Origin: Acidobacteriota bacterium | GTDB taxonomy: Bacteria > Acidobacteriota > UBA6911 > RPQK01 > JADFOI01 | Assembly (NCBI GenBank): GCA_963663035.1 | Contig: OY760074.1 | Coordinates: forward strand, 448,001-512,000 | Length of the DNA: 64,000 nt | Direction of reading: 5' to 3' | Shown here: in pieces, positions 1 through 11,038 of the stretch | How the letters are laid out: each line of letters begins with the position of its first letter | Numbering within the stretch: position 1 is the stretch's first letter | The notes under the pieces: model-generated | Seen by the model: only the letters and a program-made list of their open reading frames with translations | Database searches by the model: none | What the model was told of the DNA's origin: nothing | Position numbers and translations under genes: made by a program

Positions 1-702
1 CGAGGTATTATCTCCGAGATTGATTTTGATCCGCAGTCACTGAAGCAGAAGGTGTTGAAACATCCCACCATGGAGGGAAGCGACTACGTGCGTGCCGTTA
101 CTTCAGAAAAGACCTATTCGTGGGCTAGCGAGAATCGCCGTTTCTCTGTGGTTGCGTATGACTTTGGTATCAAGAGGAACATCTTACGATGCCTGGCTTC
201 CCGAGGATGTGATGTAACGGTTGTGCCGTCCACGACCAGTGCCGAAGATGTCTTGGCACTGAATCCAGATGGAATCTTCCTGTCCAATGGTCCGGGAGAT
301 CCTGAACCGCTTCACTACATCGTGGATCACCTCAAGAAACTGATTCACAAAAAGCCTGTCTTCGGAATTTGTCTGGGTCACCAGCTCTTGGCTTTGGCTT
401 TCGGAGGAAAGACCTACAAACTGAAGTTTGGGCACCGGGGTGGGAATCAGCCGGTGAAGAACTTGATCACTGATCGAGTAGAGATCAGCTCCCATAATCA
501 CGGTTTTGCCGTTGACCCCGATTCGCTCAAGAGCAGTGATATTCAGCTCACTCACCTGAACCTGAATGACCAGACACTCGAAGGATTTCGTCATCGTTAT
601 CTTCCCGTTTTCTCGGTTCAGTACCACCCGGAAGCAGCTCCAGGACCACACGATTCCTTCTACTTGTTTGACGATTTCCTGCGTCTGATGAAAGACAACT
701 GA
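1..702 (+). CDS. carA: Carbamoyl-phosphate synthase small subunit (5' truncated by window edge)
   Basis: Frame is open from base 1. Class I glutamine amidotransferase motifs [15 protein letters not shown] and QYHPEA; directly upstream of carB. Confidence 0.97.
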   Translation, partial: RGIISEIDFDPQSLKQKVLKHPTMEGSDYVRAVTSEKTYSWASENRRFSVVAYDFGIKRNILRCLASRGCDVTVVPSTTSAEDVLALNPDGIFLSNGPGDPEPLHYIVDHLKKLIHKKPVFGICLGHQLLALAFGGKTYKLKFGHRGGNQPVKNLITDRVEISSHNHGFAVDPDSLKSSDIQLTHLNLNDQTLEGFRHRYLPVFSVQYHPEAAPGPHDSFYLFDDFLRLMKDN

Positions 703-705
703 GAT

Positions 706-3700
706 ATGCCAAGAAGGACTGACATCAAAAAAATCCTGATCGTGGGGTCGGGGCCCATCGTGATTGGGCAGGCTTGCGAGTTTGACTATTCCGGGACTCA
801 GGCCTGTAAAGCCTTCAAGAGCGACGGTTTTCAGGTGGTGCTGGTGAACTCGAATCCGGCCACCATCATGACGGACCCCGAGTTGGCGACGCGAACCTAC
901 ATCGAGCCTCTCACCCACGACTATGTAGCGGAGATCATCAAGCGCGAGCGTCCCGATGCCTTACTTCCCACGGTAGGAGGTCAGACGGGTCTCAATGTCT
1001 CAGTCGAACTGTGTGAGAGTGGAATTCTGGACGAATTCGGTGTGGAGATGATCGGGGCGAAATTGAACGCCATCAAAATGGCAGAGGACCGCCGCCTTTT
1101 CAAGGCTGCCATGGAAGAGATTGAACTGGAGGTACCTCAGTCTGGATTTGCCAACAGCCTCAAAGAAGCTGACGCAATCATTGAGAAGATTGGACTGCCC
1201 GCCGTCATTCGGCCTTCCTTTACTCTGGGAGGGATAGGAGGAGGGCTTGCCTTCAACAGCGAAGAGTTTAAAGAGATTGTCACGCGTGGATTACAGCTCT
1301 CTCCGATTCATGAAATTCTGGTTGAAGAATCGATCATCGGCTGGAAGGAATTCGAGCTGGAGGTGATGCGAGATCTGAATGACAACGTTGTGGTCATCTG
1401 CTCCATCGAAAATTTTGATCCCATGGGCGTTCACACCGGCGACTCTATTACCGTTGCTCCCGCCCAAACCCTGTCCGACAGAGAATACCAGCTGATGCGC
1501 GACGCCGCTCTTGCCACCATCCGAAAGATTGGGGTGGAAACGGGTGGGGCAAACATTCAGTTTGCGGTCCACCCCGACACAGGTCGGATGGTGGTCATTG
1601 AGATGAATCCGCGGGTCAGCAGAAGTTCTGCGCTGGCCTCCAAGGCAACGGGTTTCCCCATTGCCAAGATCGCCGCTAAACTGGCTGTTGGTTATACCCT
1701 GGACGAGATACCCAACGACATCACTCTGAAAACTCCAGCCAGTTTTGAGCCCACCCTCGACTATGTGGTGGTCAAGGTGCCCAAGTGGAACTTCGAGAAA
1801 TTTCCTGAAGCCAGTTGCATTCTGGGTACTCAGATGAAGTCGGTTGGGGAAGTGATGGCGATCGGCCGAACTTTTCGTGAAGCTCTGCTCAAAGGCCTGC
1901 GCTCCCAGGAAACAGGGACGACCTTGGCAAGTGAAAAGGTGTCTAAGGAGCGGATTCGGGAAAATCTGATACAACCCACTCCTCAGCGATTGGCTTACAT
2001 TCGGCTGGCCTTTCTGGAAGGCTACACTGTTGATCAGGTCCACGAGTTGACGCGGATCGATCCCTGGTTCCTCAACCAGATTGTTCAGATTGTGGAGCTG
2101 AGCCAGAGTCTGGCGGGACACGATTTGGCCACCATTGACCCGGAGTTGATTCGCAGAGCCAAACGGGAGGGGCTTTCTGACCTTCGTCTCTCCCAGATTT
2201 TCGGCTCCGGACTGACTGAACCGGATCTGTGGAAATATCGGAAAGAGAAGGGTATTCTGCCGGTCTTTAAAAGGGTGGACACCTGTAGTGCGGAATTTGA
2301 ATCACACACCCCCTATCTGTATTCCACTTTTGAGAAGGAGGATGAATCAGAGCCTTCCGATGGTCGGAAAGTTGTCATTCTGGGAAGCGGGCCCAACCGG
2401 ATCGCACAGGGAATCGAATTCGACTACTGCTGCTGCCATGCTGCCTTTGCTCTCAAGGAGGCGGGATTTGAGACCATCATGGTGAACTGTAACCCAGAGA
2501 CAGTGTCGACTGATTATGACACCTCCGATCGACTCTATTTTGAGCCACTGACCTTTGAAGATGTCATGGCTATCGTGGAGAACGAAAAGCCGGATGGTGT
2601 CATCGTTCAGTTCGGTGGGCAGACTCCCCTCAAGCTCGCCTTGAAACTCTTCGATGCAGGTGTGCCGATTATTGGAACTTCTCCCCAATCGATTGATCTG
2701 GCGGAGGATCGCAAGAGATTTGGCGACCTGCTGCGTGATCTGGATATTCCCCAGCCCGAGAACGGTACCGCCATGTCTGTGAAGGAGGCCAGGAAGGTCG
2801 CTCAAGAGATCGGGTATCCTATCCTGGTGAGACCCTCCTATGTGTTGGGTGGCCGTTCCATGGCCATTATCTTCGATGAGAAGTCCCTGGACAAATACGT
2901 GAGATCCGCCGTGGAGGTCTCACCAGATCATCCGACTCTGATCGACAAATTTCTGGAAGATGCCCGTGAGTACGATGTTGACGCGCTGGCTGATGGAAGC
3001 AGGGTTGTCATTGGAGGCATCATGGAGCATATCGAAGAAGCCGGAATTCACTCCGGTGACAGTACTTCGGTATTGCCTCCTATTGTGATCGAGGAGGAAC
3101 ACCTGGAAACCATGCGGGACCTTACACGAAGACTGGGGCAAGTACTGGAGGTCGTGGGTCTCATGAACATCCAGTTTGCGGTGGTTGGGGATCAGGTGTA
3201 CGTTTTGGAGGTCAACCCGCGAGCCAGTCGAACCGTTCCATTTGTCAGCAAGGCCACTGGAGTGCCTTTGGCTAAAATAGCAGTCCAGCTGATGATTGGT
3301 AAGAAGCTTGAAGAGCTGGGTCTGACGGATGACTTGAAAGTACGACACTGTTTTATCAAGACACCGGTCTTTCCTTTTGACAGATTCCCGGGAGTAGACA
3401 CGATCCTGGGACCGGAAATGAAGTCGACTGGCGAGGTGATGGGTGTTTCCGATAGCTTCGGATACGCTTATGCAAAGGCTCAAATCAGTGCTGGCGCTCA
3501 TCTCCCCAAGGGAGGTGTTGTCTTTATCAGTGTCAATGAGAGGGACAAGCTCTTCATTTCTAACGTCGCCAGAGATTTCCAGGAACTCGGGTTTCAGATT
3601 GTGGCAACTCGCGGAACTGCCAAGCTGTTGCGCGAATCAGGGCTTCGAACAGAAAAGGTTTACAAGGTCAACGAAGGTCGTCCCAATGTTGTGGATCTCA

Positions 3701-3936
3701 TCAAAAGCCAAAAAATCGATTTGGTGATCAACACACCCCTAGGGCGAGAATCGTTTTTCGACGAAAAAGCCATTCGCAGAGTCTGCATCCAGTACAGGAC
3801 TCCCGCCATTACCACCCTGTCCGCAGCAGCAGCGGCCGTCAACGCCATTCGGGCACTGCAACGAGAAATAATCAGCGTCATGAGCCTGCAGGAGTACCAT
3901 GCGCTTGGAAGGAAGGAGGTAGGAGATAGGAGATAG
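706..3936 (+). CDS. carB: Carbamoyl-phosphate synthase large subunit
   Basis: 1076 aa. Starts [30 protein letters not shown], has duplicated ATP-grasp halves and a C-terminal MGS-like domain. Confidence 0.98.
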   Translation: MPRRTDIKKILIVGSGPIVIGQACEFDYSGTQACKAFKSDGFQVVLVNSNPATIMTDPELATRTYIEPLTHDYVAEIIKRERPDALLPTVGGQTGLNVSVELCESGILDEFGVEMIGAKLNAIKMAEDRRLFKAAMEEIELEVPQSGFANSLKEADAIIEKIGLPAVIRPSFTLGGIGGGLAFNSEEFKEIVTRGLQLSPIHEILVEESIIGWKEFELEVMRDLNDNVVVICSIENFDPMGVHTGDSITVAPAQTLSDREYQLMRDAALATIRKIGVETGGANIQFAVHPDTGRMVVIEMNPRVSRSSALASKATGFPIAKIAAKLAVGYTLDEIPNDITLKTPASFEPTLDYVVVKVPKWNFEKFPEASCILGTQMKSVGEVMAIGRTFREALLKGLRSQETGTTLASEKVSKERIRENLIQPTPQRLAYIRLAFLEGYTVDQVHELTRIDPWFLNQIVQIVELSQSLAGHDLATIDPELIRRAKREGLSDLRLSQIFGSGLTEPDLWKYRKEKGILPVFKRVDTCSAEFESHTPYLYSTFEKEDESEPSDGRKVVILGSGPNRIAQGIEFDYCCCHAAFALKEAGFETIMVNCNPETVSTDYDTSDRLYFEPLTFEDVMAIVENEKPDGVIVQFGGQTPLKLALKLFDAGVPIIGTSPQSIDLAEDRKRFGDLLRDLDIPQPENGTAMSVKEARKVAQEIGYPILVRPSYVLGGRSMAIIFDEKSLDKYVRSAVEVSPDHPTLIDKFLEDAREYDVDALADGSRVVIGGIMEHIEEAGIHSGDSTSVLPPIVIEEEHLETMRDLTRRLGQVLEVVGLMNIQFAVVGDQVYVLEVNPRASRTVPFVSKATGVPLAKIAVQLMIGKKLEELGLTDDLKVRHCFIKTPVFPFDRFPGVDTILGPEMKSTGEVMGVSDSFGYAYAKAQISAGAHLPKGGVVFISVNERDKLFISNVARDFQELGFQIVATRGTAKLLRESGLRTEKVYKVNEGRPNVVDLIKSQKIDLVINTPLGRESFFDEKAIRRVCIQYRTPAITTLSAAAAAVNAIRALQREIISVMSLQEYHALGRKEVGDRR

Positions 3937-4058
3937 GAGATAGGAGGTAGGAGCTAGGAGGTAGGAGCTAGGAGTTAGAAACTGGTGGATCCTGGAACCT
4001 ACTATTCTGACTTCTGAATCTTAAGCTCCTGACTCCTGCCTCCTACGTCCTACCTCCT
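3914..4058. repeat. Inverted pair of heptamer arrays between convergent carB and TPR genes
   Basis: 9 x AGGAGNT at 3914-3976 (contains the carB TAG), then about 5-8 x NNCTCCT/NNTTCTG at about 3998-4058, abutting the TPR gene stop. Confidence 0.9.
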
Positions 4059-4691
4059 TTATTCCGGGAAGATAAGCTTCTGGAATTCTTGATCTGTCGT
4101 CAGGGGTTCGAAGTCGGGATCGTTGTGAGCGAAGAATCGGTTCTCCTGGTTGAGCTGGATGGCTTTCTCCAGGTGCTTCAGGGCATCATCGGTATTCCCC
4201 GCAGAAAGCGAAGTGGCCGCCATGGCGTAAAGGATGTGATCCTTATTGGTCTTGGAAAGCTTTAAAGCCCGAGAGTAGTGTCCCAAGGCTTGATCGAATT
4301 GCCCGGCATTATGGGAAAACACCCCTTCGTTGAAATATTCTTCAGGGGTACCTGGAGAATATTTCTTCTGGGTTCTCAGATGGTTGTCGCAGACTCTCAA
4401 AAAGGTCCTGGCACGAGAACTGACCTCAGGCTCGTCGGGAAATGTTTCTAAGAGTTTGGTGAATTGTTTTTTGGCCCTCTCATATTTCTTCTGGTGTAAG
4501 AGGCTCCATGCCTTCTCATAAAGCACATAAACGTCACCGGAAGATTTTGTCCGAGAGGGAGTTCCTGTACTGAGTGCAGCTTGTTTTTTCTGAGCTGGCT
4601 GCTTTTTCTGAGTTAGCTTCTTTTTCTGGGCCGGTTTCTTTTTCTGAGCTGGTTTCTTCTTTTGGGCTGGTTTCTTTTTCTGAGCCGGCAT
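4059..4691 (-). CDS. TPR-repeat protein with Lys-rich N-terminal PAQKKK repeats
   Basis: About 6 PAQKKK-like units followed by TPR-like helices (YAMAATSLSAGNTDDALKHLEKAIQLN); GGAGG RBS upstream. Confidence 0.8.
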   Translation of the reverse strand: MPAQKKKPAQKKKPAQKKKPAQKKKLTQKKQPAQKKQAALSTGTPSRTKSSGDVYVLYEKAWSLLHQKKYERAKKQFTKLLETFPDEPEVSSRARTFLRVCDNHLRTQKKYSPGTPEEYFNEGVFSHNAGQFDQALGHYSRALKLSKTNKDHILYAMAATSLSAGNTDDALKHLEKAIQLNQENRFFAHNDPDFEPLTTDQEFQKLIFPE

Positions 4692-4871
4692 AGAATCCTC
4701 CAGTTTGTTTAGTGCCTAGATTCGTAATTGCGGTGAAGCATCATATTGACGAAACGAGGCACTAAGTGTGGGAAGGCTGAAAAACGAAGTATTATAAGAC
4801 AGAAATACAAGGAGTCAAGTTGTTCGTCAAAATCGAATGTGAATCTCTTGGCGAGACTTTCTGAGGGAGTG

Positions 4872-6188
4872 ATGCCCAAGAAACTGGATCTGATCGACAA
4901 CTTGATTGAGAAATACCCGGATTTGCCGCCTGAGGCAATCGTAAAGGAAGATCTCCTTCGAACGGGAATCTCCTTTTCAGAGGACGCACTGAGAGTGGCT
5001 TCTGGCTTTAAACCCAAAGCTTACTTCATCTTTTCATTTGACCTGGTTCCCATCTCCGAGATGCTAAAACAAGAGCATCTGCGGGTACCTGAAGAGATCT
5101 GTCTAGTGGGTGGGAAGAGAAATTTCCGTCGTATCATTGTCTCCGTGCGAGTCAATCCGGATTCTCCTTATCTGGTCGAGATTAGTGAGGAGGGAGAGCC
5201 CGTGCTCAAGTTGGAAGATGAGGAGATAGCAGGGGTCCGGTTCCAGAAAACTCCGGCGTACTACCAACGGTCTTTGAGCAACGGGAAACCGATTGTTGAC
5301 ATTGCCCCCAGCATCGAATGGGGGTATTTGATCTACCTGACGGTCTTCAGGATCTGCCAATACTTTGGTCGCCAAGAGGAGTGCCAATTTTGCGACATCA
5401 ACGAAAATTTTCGTCAGCAGAAGAAGAGCGGGCGGTCTTACACGGGCGTCAAGACGGTTGAGGAGCTCATGGAAGCCCTGGAAATCATTAATGCCACCGA
5501 CACCGATAGTCAGGCTTATACGGTGACAGGAGGAAGCATTACCTCCCAACTCGACGAGAAACGTGAGGTCGATTTCTATCTTCAGTATCCAGCTGCCATT
5601 GAGAAACGATTCCCCGGCCGCTGGATTGGAAAACTGGTGGTGCAGGCTTTACCCAAGGAACAAGTGCGACAATTCAGAGATGTGGGTGTGCAGATTTATC
5701 ATCCCAACTATGAAGTCTGGGACCGAAAGCTCTTTGAAATCATTTGCGCCGGGAAGAACCGTTACATCGGTCGTGACCAGTGGATTAGCCGTATTCTGGA
5801 TGCCGGGGAGGTCTTCGGGCCCTCTGGCGTCATTCCTAACTTCGTAGCCGGAATTGAAATGGCTCAACCTTATGGCTTCCAAACCGTGGCTGAGGCCATT
5901 GACTCCACTTCTCAAGGATTGGACTATTTCATGTCTCGCGGCATCACGCCTCGCTTCACCACCTGGTGCCCGGAACCTCTCACTGTTCTGGGGAGGCAAA
6001 ATCCAGAAGGTGCGCCTCTTGAGTATCATGTTCATCTGCTCCGGACCTGGAGAGACACGCATGAAAAGTATCAGTTGCCCCCTCCCAAAGGGTACGGAAA
6101 GCCCGGTATCGGAAATGCAGTCTTTTCCGTGTCTTCCTTTATGGACGTCATAAGGACGGGGCCGTGTGGGCCAGATCCCCAGGATTGA
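4872..6188 (+). CDS. Radical SAM protein of unknown function (CX8CX2C motif)
   Basis: Motif CQYFGRQEECQFC and a later TGG motif. Start moved to the ATG at 4872, after GAGGGAG. Confidence 0.8.
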   Translation: MPKKLDLIDNLIEKYPDLPPEAIVKEDLLRTGISFSEDALRVASGFKPKAYFIFSFDLVPISEMLKQEHLRVPEEICLVGGKRNFRRIIVSVRVNPDSPYLVEISEEGEPVLKLEDEEIAGVRFQKTPAYYQRSLSNGKPIVDIAPSIEWGYLIYLTVFRICQYFGRQEECQFCDINENFRQQKKSGRSYTGVKTVEELMEALEIINATDTDSQAYTVTGGSITSQLDEKREVDFYLQYPAAIEKRFPGRWIGKLVVQALPKEQVRQFRDVGVQIYHPNYEVWDRKLFEIICAGKNRYIGRDQWISRILDAGEVFGPSGVIPNFVAGIEMAQPYGFQTVAEAIDSTSQGLDYFMSRGITPRFTTWCPEPLTVLGRQNPEGAPLEYHVHLLRTWRDTHEKYQLPPPKGYGKPGIGNAVFSVSSFMDVIRTGPCGPDPQD

Positions 6189-6196
6189 CATCTGAG

Positions 6197-6371
6197 CCCG
6201 CATTATGCATAAATTTTCTGCTACAGTGTCGCGATCATCCGCGCTGACGGCGTTGTCTTTCCTTGCGCTCCTCGGCGTACTGCATGAGTACGCCTGCGGG
6301 GCGCTTCGTCAAACGCCTTGTCATCGCGGCGCTTGCGCCACTTCGCTACGAAAACCTATGCTTAGTGCGGG
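6197..6371. mobile_element. MITE-like palindromic element, family A (IS1380-like ends)
   Basis: Ends CCCGCATTATGCATA and TATGCTTAGTGCGGG, followed by CTAG. Central hairpin GGCGTAC-tgcatga-GTACGCC. Ends resemble the IS at 34449-36087. Confidence 0.8.
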
Positions 6372-6413
6372 CTAGGCGGGTGCTGTAAAGAATAGGGAAG
6401 GAAAGAGAGAATT

Positions 6414-7979
6414 GTGGAACTAGAAGCTTTTAAGAACGAGACTTTTACTGACTTTACGCAGCCTGAGAATCATCAGGCCATGTCCGAGGAACTTGCCAAA
6501 GTACGCGGCCAACTGGGACAGCAATACGACATCATCATCGGGGGCGAGAAAATCCGCTGTGAACACCAGTTTCAGTCGCTGAATCCTTCACGCCGGGAGG
6601 AGGTTGTGGGAGTTTTTCAGAAGGGAACTCCCGGGGAGGTCGAACGGGCCATATCGGCTGCAGAAGAAGCCTTTTCTCAGTGGAGTCGGCTGCCGGCTGA
6701 AGAGCGAGTGGCCTATATGTTGAAGGTCTCCCGAATCATGAAGGAGCGACGGCTCGAACTTGCTGCCTGGATGGTGATCGAAGTAGGGAAGTCTTGGGTA
6801 GAAGCTGATGCCGACGTTGCCGAGGCCATTGATTTCTGTGAGTTTTACTCTCGAGAGATGCTTCGTTTGGCAGCTCCTCAATCATTGGTTGAAGTCGAGT
6901 CCGAAGAAAACGCTCTTGAATATATTCCCTTGGGAGTGGGTGTCATCATCCCCCCTTGGAACTTTCCTCTGGCAATTCTCGCGGGGATGACTTTTGCGGC
7001 CGTCGTCAGTGGAAACACTGTGGTGCTGAAGCCTTCCAGCGACTCACCGGCCATTGCAGCGAAGTTGATGGAGATATTCCAGGAAGCGGGATTCCCACCC
7101 GGTGTGGTCAATTTCTTGACCGGGAGCGGAGGGGAGATTGGGGACACGCTGGTCAAACATACCAGGACCCGCTTTGTCTCTTTCACCGGTTCAAAGGAAG
7201 TGGGTCTGCGAATCAACGAACTAGCAGCCAAACACCGTCCCGGTCAGATCTGGATCAAGCGAGTCATTGCGGAAATGGGCGGCAAAGATGCCATTGTGGT
7301 AGACAGTGACTCAGACTTGGATGAAGCTGCCACTGGTGTGGTGGCTGCGAGCTTTGGTTACCAGGGTCAAAAGTGCTCGGCCTGCTCTCGTGCCATCGTC
7401 GTGGACTCTGTTTATGACGAGTTTGTGGAGAAGCTCCTGGAGAAAACTCGTGCCATGATCGCACAGGGCAGTGTGGAGGAGAGCGACATCAACTTCGGTC
7501 CCGTCATCAATCAAAAGGCGCAGGAAACGATTCAGCATTTTATTCAAGTTGGCGAAAAGGAAGGTAAATTGGTGATGGGAGGAGAGGAGGCAGCTTCAGA
7601 GGGATTTTTCGTACCACCCACCATTATCGTGGATGTTGATCGGAAAGCGACAATTGCTCAAGAGGAAATCTTTGGACCCGTTTTGGCAGTCATCAGAGCA
7701 GGCGACTATGATGATGCCATAGCAATTGCCAATGATTCCGAATTTGGATTGACGGGAGCCGTTTACACTCAAGATCCATCGAAGATCGAGAAAGCCAAGA
7801 GAGAGTTTCATGTGGGAAACCTCTATATCAATCGCAAATGCACAGGCGCCCTTGTGGGAGTCCATCCTTTCGGTGGATTCAACATGAGCGGCACTGACTC
7901 GAAAGCAGGAGGGCAGGACTACTTGCTGCTGTTTACCCAGGGCAAGTCAATCTCTCAAAAGGTGACTTCTAGCACCTAA
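6414..7979 (+). CDS. pruA: L-glutamate gamma-semialdehyde (P5C) dehydrogenase, RocA/PruA type
   Basis: ALDH motifs PWNFP, AEMGGKD, GQKCSACSR and EEIFGP; C-terminal HPFGGFNMSGTDSKAGG. Confidence 0.9.
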   Translation: MELEAFKNETFTDFTQPENHQAMSEELAKVRGQLGQQYDIIIGGEKIRCEHQFQSLNPSRREEVVGVFQKGTPGEVERAISAAEEAFSQWSRLPAEERVAYMLKVSRIMKERRLELAAWMVIEVGKSWVEADADVAEAIDFCEFYSREMLRLAAPQSLVEVESEENALEYIPLGVGVIIPPWNFPLAILAGMTFAAVVSGNTVVLKPSSDSPAIAAKLMEIFQEAGFPPGVVNFLTGSGGEIGDTLVKHTRTRFVSFTGSKEVGLRINELAAKHRPGQIWIKRVIAEMGGKDAIVVDSDSDLDEAATGVVAASFGYQGQKCSACSRAIVVDSVYDEFVEKLLEKTRAMIAQGSVEESDINFGPVINQKAQETIQHFIQVGEKEGKLVMGGEEAASEGFFVPPTIIVDVDRKATIAQEEIFGPVLAVIRAGDYDDAIAIANDSEFGLTGAVYTQDPSKIEKAKREFHVGNLYINRKCTGALVGVHPFGGFNMSGTDSKAGGQDYLLLFTQGKSISQKVTSST

Positions 7980-8094
7980 TCCACTATTTCCGACCTATAA
8001 GTCCGACCTATAAGTTTGTTAAGATAGACATTGAGAATGAGTGACACTCCTGTGGGTAGCGGATTGAAGCCGAGGTGACAAGAGGGACGAGAAA

Positions 8095-9966
8095 GTGAGC
8101 ATCCAGAGCCGACCTCAAGAAGATCTCCAACAGAACAGAGCAGAAGGTGAAATAGTCAACGACTTCAGTATCCAGGTGGCCACCGTGAATGGGTCGGGAA
8201 GTCAGTCCTCTAACAACATTTTGATGAGAGCGATTTTCCAAATGGGTGTTCCCATTAGCGGGAAGAATCTCTTCCCGTCCAATATCGCCGGTCTGCCCAC
8301 CTGGTTCACCATTCGAGCCTCGAAGGATGGATACGCGGGACGCAAAAAGGAGATCGACGCTTTGATTGCCATGAATCCACAGACGGCCAGAGAAGATGTC
8401 GAAACCCTGCAAGAATCCCGAGTGGTCATCTATGATGAGAAATTGAATCTGTCTCAGATCAGGGATGATCTGATTTACTACCCCGTACCCTTTTCGGATC
8501 TGGCAGGTCAGATAATCAAGGATGTGCGGCTGCGTAGACTGATCGCCAATATCATCTACGTGGGGAGTGCAGCTGAGCTCTTCGGTATTGAAATGGCCGA
8601 AGTGGAATCGGTGATCGCCAAGTGGTTCAAGACCAAGCAGAAAGCCATTGATCTCAATATTCAAGCTGCTCACCTGGGCGCACAATATGTGAGAGAGAAC
8701 CACACCAAGTCCGACTGCTTCCGGATCGAGCGGATGGAAAAGACCCAGGGTAAGATCATCATCGATGGAAATTCTGCATGTGCGCTGGGCAGTGTGTTCG
8801 CGGGAGCGACCGTATTGACCTGGTATCCCATCACGCCATCCAGCAGTGTGGCAGAGACCATGGCTGATTATATGGGGCGGTATCGGATGGACCCCGAGAC
8901 GGGAAAGGCCACCTTCGCAATTGTGCAGGCCGAAGATGAGCTGGCAGCCATCGGCATGGCCATTGGTGCTGGATGGGCGGGTGCTCGGTCGATGACAACT
9001 ACCTCCGGTCCGGGCATCTCCTTGATGTCGGAATTCGTTGGGTTGGCCTACTTCACCGAAATTCCGGTTGTCATTTTCGATATCCAGCGAGTCGGACCAA
9101 GCACAGGTTTGCCCACCAGAACTTCTCAGGGAGACGTTGCTGCCCTTTTCTATCTCTCGCACGGCGACACCAAGCATGTTGTCCTGTTTCCGGCCAGCAT
9201 GAAAGAGTGCTTTGATCTCTCAATACAGGCCTTCGATCTCTCTGAGCGGTTGCAACAGCCTGTCTTTGTCGCATCAGACCTGGATTTGGGAATGAACACC
9301 TGGATGTCGGATCCTTTTGACTATCCAGAGAGACCGCTTGATCGAGGGAAGGTGCTCACGGCGGAGGATCTCGAGCGTCTGGGAGGCTTTGCCCGCTATA
9401 AGGACGTTGATGGTGATGCTATACCCTATCGAACACTGCCGGGAACGGACCATCCCGCGGCTGGCTATTTTACGCGGGGCAGTGGGCACAATGAGGAGGC
9501 AAGGTATTCAGAGCGGCCGGAGGACTACCTAACGCTCATGGATCGCTTGGCCAAAAAGTACGAAACCGCAAAGAAGTTTGTGCCTGAACCCATCGTCCAA
9601 TTTAGCAATGGCGCTGAAGTCGGAATTATCACTTACGGTACAACGGATGCTGCTATGGAGGAGTGTCAGGAGCAGCTGCGCCAGGAGCAGGGAGTCGATA
9701 TTAACTATCTGAGAATTCGAGCTCTCCCCTTTACCCACCACCTCCATGAGTTTGTCAGTCGCTGCCAACGGGTCTATGTGGTGGAACAGAACCGGGACGG
9801 GCAAATGGGTGATTTAATCCGGCTCGAGGTGGGTAACGAAGAGGGGAAAATTAGAAAGGTTCTTCACTACTCAGGACTGCCCATCGACGCCAGATCCATC
9901 ACCGACCAGGTGATGGAGTATGAGAAAGGGAGCGCTCAAGGTAATCATGACGATTCGCACACCTAA
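8095..9966 (+). CDS. 2-oxoacid:ferredoxin oxidoreductase alpha subunit
   Basis: Motifs WYPITPSS, QAEDELAA, TSGPG and QRVGPSTGLPTR. Confidence 0.92.
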   Translation: MSIQSRPQEDLQQNRAEGEIVNDFSIQVATVNGSGSQSSNNILMRAIFQMGVPISGKNLFPSNIAGLPTWFTIRASKDGYAGRKKEIDALIAMNPQTAREDVETLQESRVVIYDEKLNLSQIRDDLIYYPVPFSDLAGQIIKDVRLRRLIANIIYVGSAAELFGIEMAEVESVIAKWFKTKQKAIDLNIQAAHLGAQYVRENHTKSDCFRIERMEKTQGKIIIDGNSACALGSVFAGATVLTWYPITPSSSVAETMADYMGRYRMDPETGKATFAIVQAEDELAAIGMAIGAGWAGARSMTTTSGPGISLMSEFVGLAYFTEIPVVIFDIQRVGPSTGLPTRTSQGDVAALFYLSHGDTKHVVLFPASMKECFDLSIQAFDLSERLQQPVFVASDLDLGMNTWMSDPFDYPERPLDRGKVLTAEDLERLGGFARYKDVDGDAIPYRTLPGTDHPAAGYFTRGSGHNEEARYSERPEDYLTLMDRLAKKYETAKKFVPEPIVQFSNGAEVGIITYGTTDAAMEECQEQLRQEQGVDINYLRIRALPFTHHLHEFVSRCQRVYVVEQNRDGQMGDLIRLEVGNEEGKIRKVLHYSGLPIDARSITDQVMEYEKGSAQGNHDDSHT

Positions 9967-10990
9967 ACCTAAGAAAGTCAACCGCGCTGGCCTGACTATC
10001 TCCGATTACAAGGGATCACCCTCTACGCTCTGCTCCGGTTGTGGTCACGATGCCATTTCCAGCCAGATCACTAAGGCCTTCTATGAAATGGGCGTCAAAC
10101 CTCATCAGGTTGCGAAGATGAGCGGAATAGGCTGCTCCAGCAAGACTCCAGCTTATTTCCTTGGCAGCTCTCACGGATTCAATGGCGTCCATGGGCGCAT
10201 GCCCTCTCTTGCCACGGGTGCCCTGCTGGGCAACCGGGACCTGATCTGTATTGGGCTCAGCGGTGACGGAGATACTGCATCCATCGGTCTGGGGCAGTTC
10301 TGTCATCTCTTGAGAAGAAACATTCCAATGATTTATGTCATTGAGAACAACGGAGTTTACGGGTTGACCAAAGGACAGTTTTCAGCCACCGCAGATATTG
10401 GCTCCAAGCAGAAGTCGGGTGTCATCAACGACCTCCCGCCCATTGACTGCTGTACTCTGGCCATTGAAATGGGGTGCAGCTATGTGGCCCGCTCCTTTGC
10501 GGGGGACCCCAAGCAGTTAGTCGCTCTTCTGCAGGGAGCTCTCAGTCACAGTGGCACAGCCATGCTGGATGTGATCAGTCCCTGCGTGACCTTTAATAAC
10601 CAAGAGAGCTCAACCAAGAGCTACAAGTGGGCGAAAGAGCACGAGGAACTCCTGCACCAAATCGACTTTGTTCCCTATTTCGAGCCTATAGAAACAGTGG
10701 AATATGCAGAGGGAGTAATGAGAGAAGTTGAAATGCATGACGGTTCCCACATCAGGCTGCGGAAGTTGAATCAAGACTATGATCCGATGAATAAAAATAG
10801 TGCTTTATCGATGCTCCGTGAGACCCGAGATTCAGGCGAGTTCTTGACGGGATTAATCTACGTCAATCCAGTGGCAAAGAACTTTCTTGACCTGCTGGAC
10901 TTGTCTGAGACGCCGTTGGCTGTCCTTGCTCAAGAGAAGGTTCGGCCGGGGCCAGAGGTCCTGGAAGAGGCCATGCGGGAGTTGATGTAG
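9947..10990 (+). CDS. 2-oxoacid:ferredoxin oxidoreductase beta subunit
   Basis: Motifs LCSGCGH, SGIGCSS, the TPP-binding SGDGD and NNGVYGLTKGQ. ATG at 9947 preferred as start. Confidence 0.92.
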   Translation: MTIRTPKPKKVNRAGLTISDYKGSPSTLCSGCGHDAISSQITKAFYEMGVKPHQVAKMSGIGCSSKTPAYFLGSSHGFNGVHGRMPSLATGALLGNRDLICIGLSGDGDTASIGLGQFCHLLRRNIPMIYVIENNGVYGLTKGQFSATADIGSKQKSGVINDLPPIDCCTLAIEMGCSYVARSFAGDPKQLVALLQGALSHSGTAMLDVISPCVTFNNQESSTKSYKWAKEHEELLHQIDFVPYFEPIETVEYAEGVMREVEMHDGSHIRLRKLNQDYDPMNKNSALSMLRETRDSGEFLTGLIYVNPVAKNFLDLLDLSETPLAVLAQEKVRPGPEVLEEAMRELM

Positions 10991-11038
10991 AATCACTCCC
11001 GCTTTTCAACTTTCCCGTCAATCCGGCACCTATTGAGC

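Noticed and set aside
4746-4871. TTG-started extension of the radical SAM ORF
   Set aside because: It covers the divergent promoter region, and the ATG at 4872 has a good RBS.
184-9177. Long antisense ORFs (184-918, 1291-2121, 8008-9177; similarly 51068-51571 and 57470-58303)
   Set aside because: They are shadows of well-conserved genes and have no recognisable motifs.
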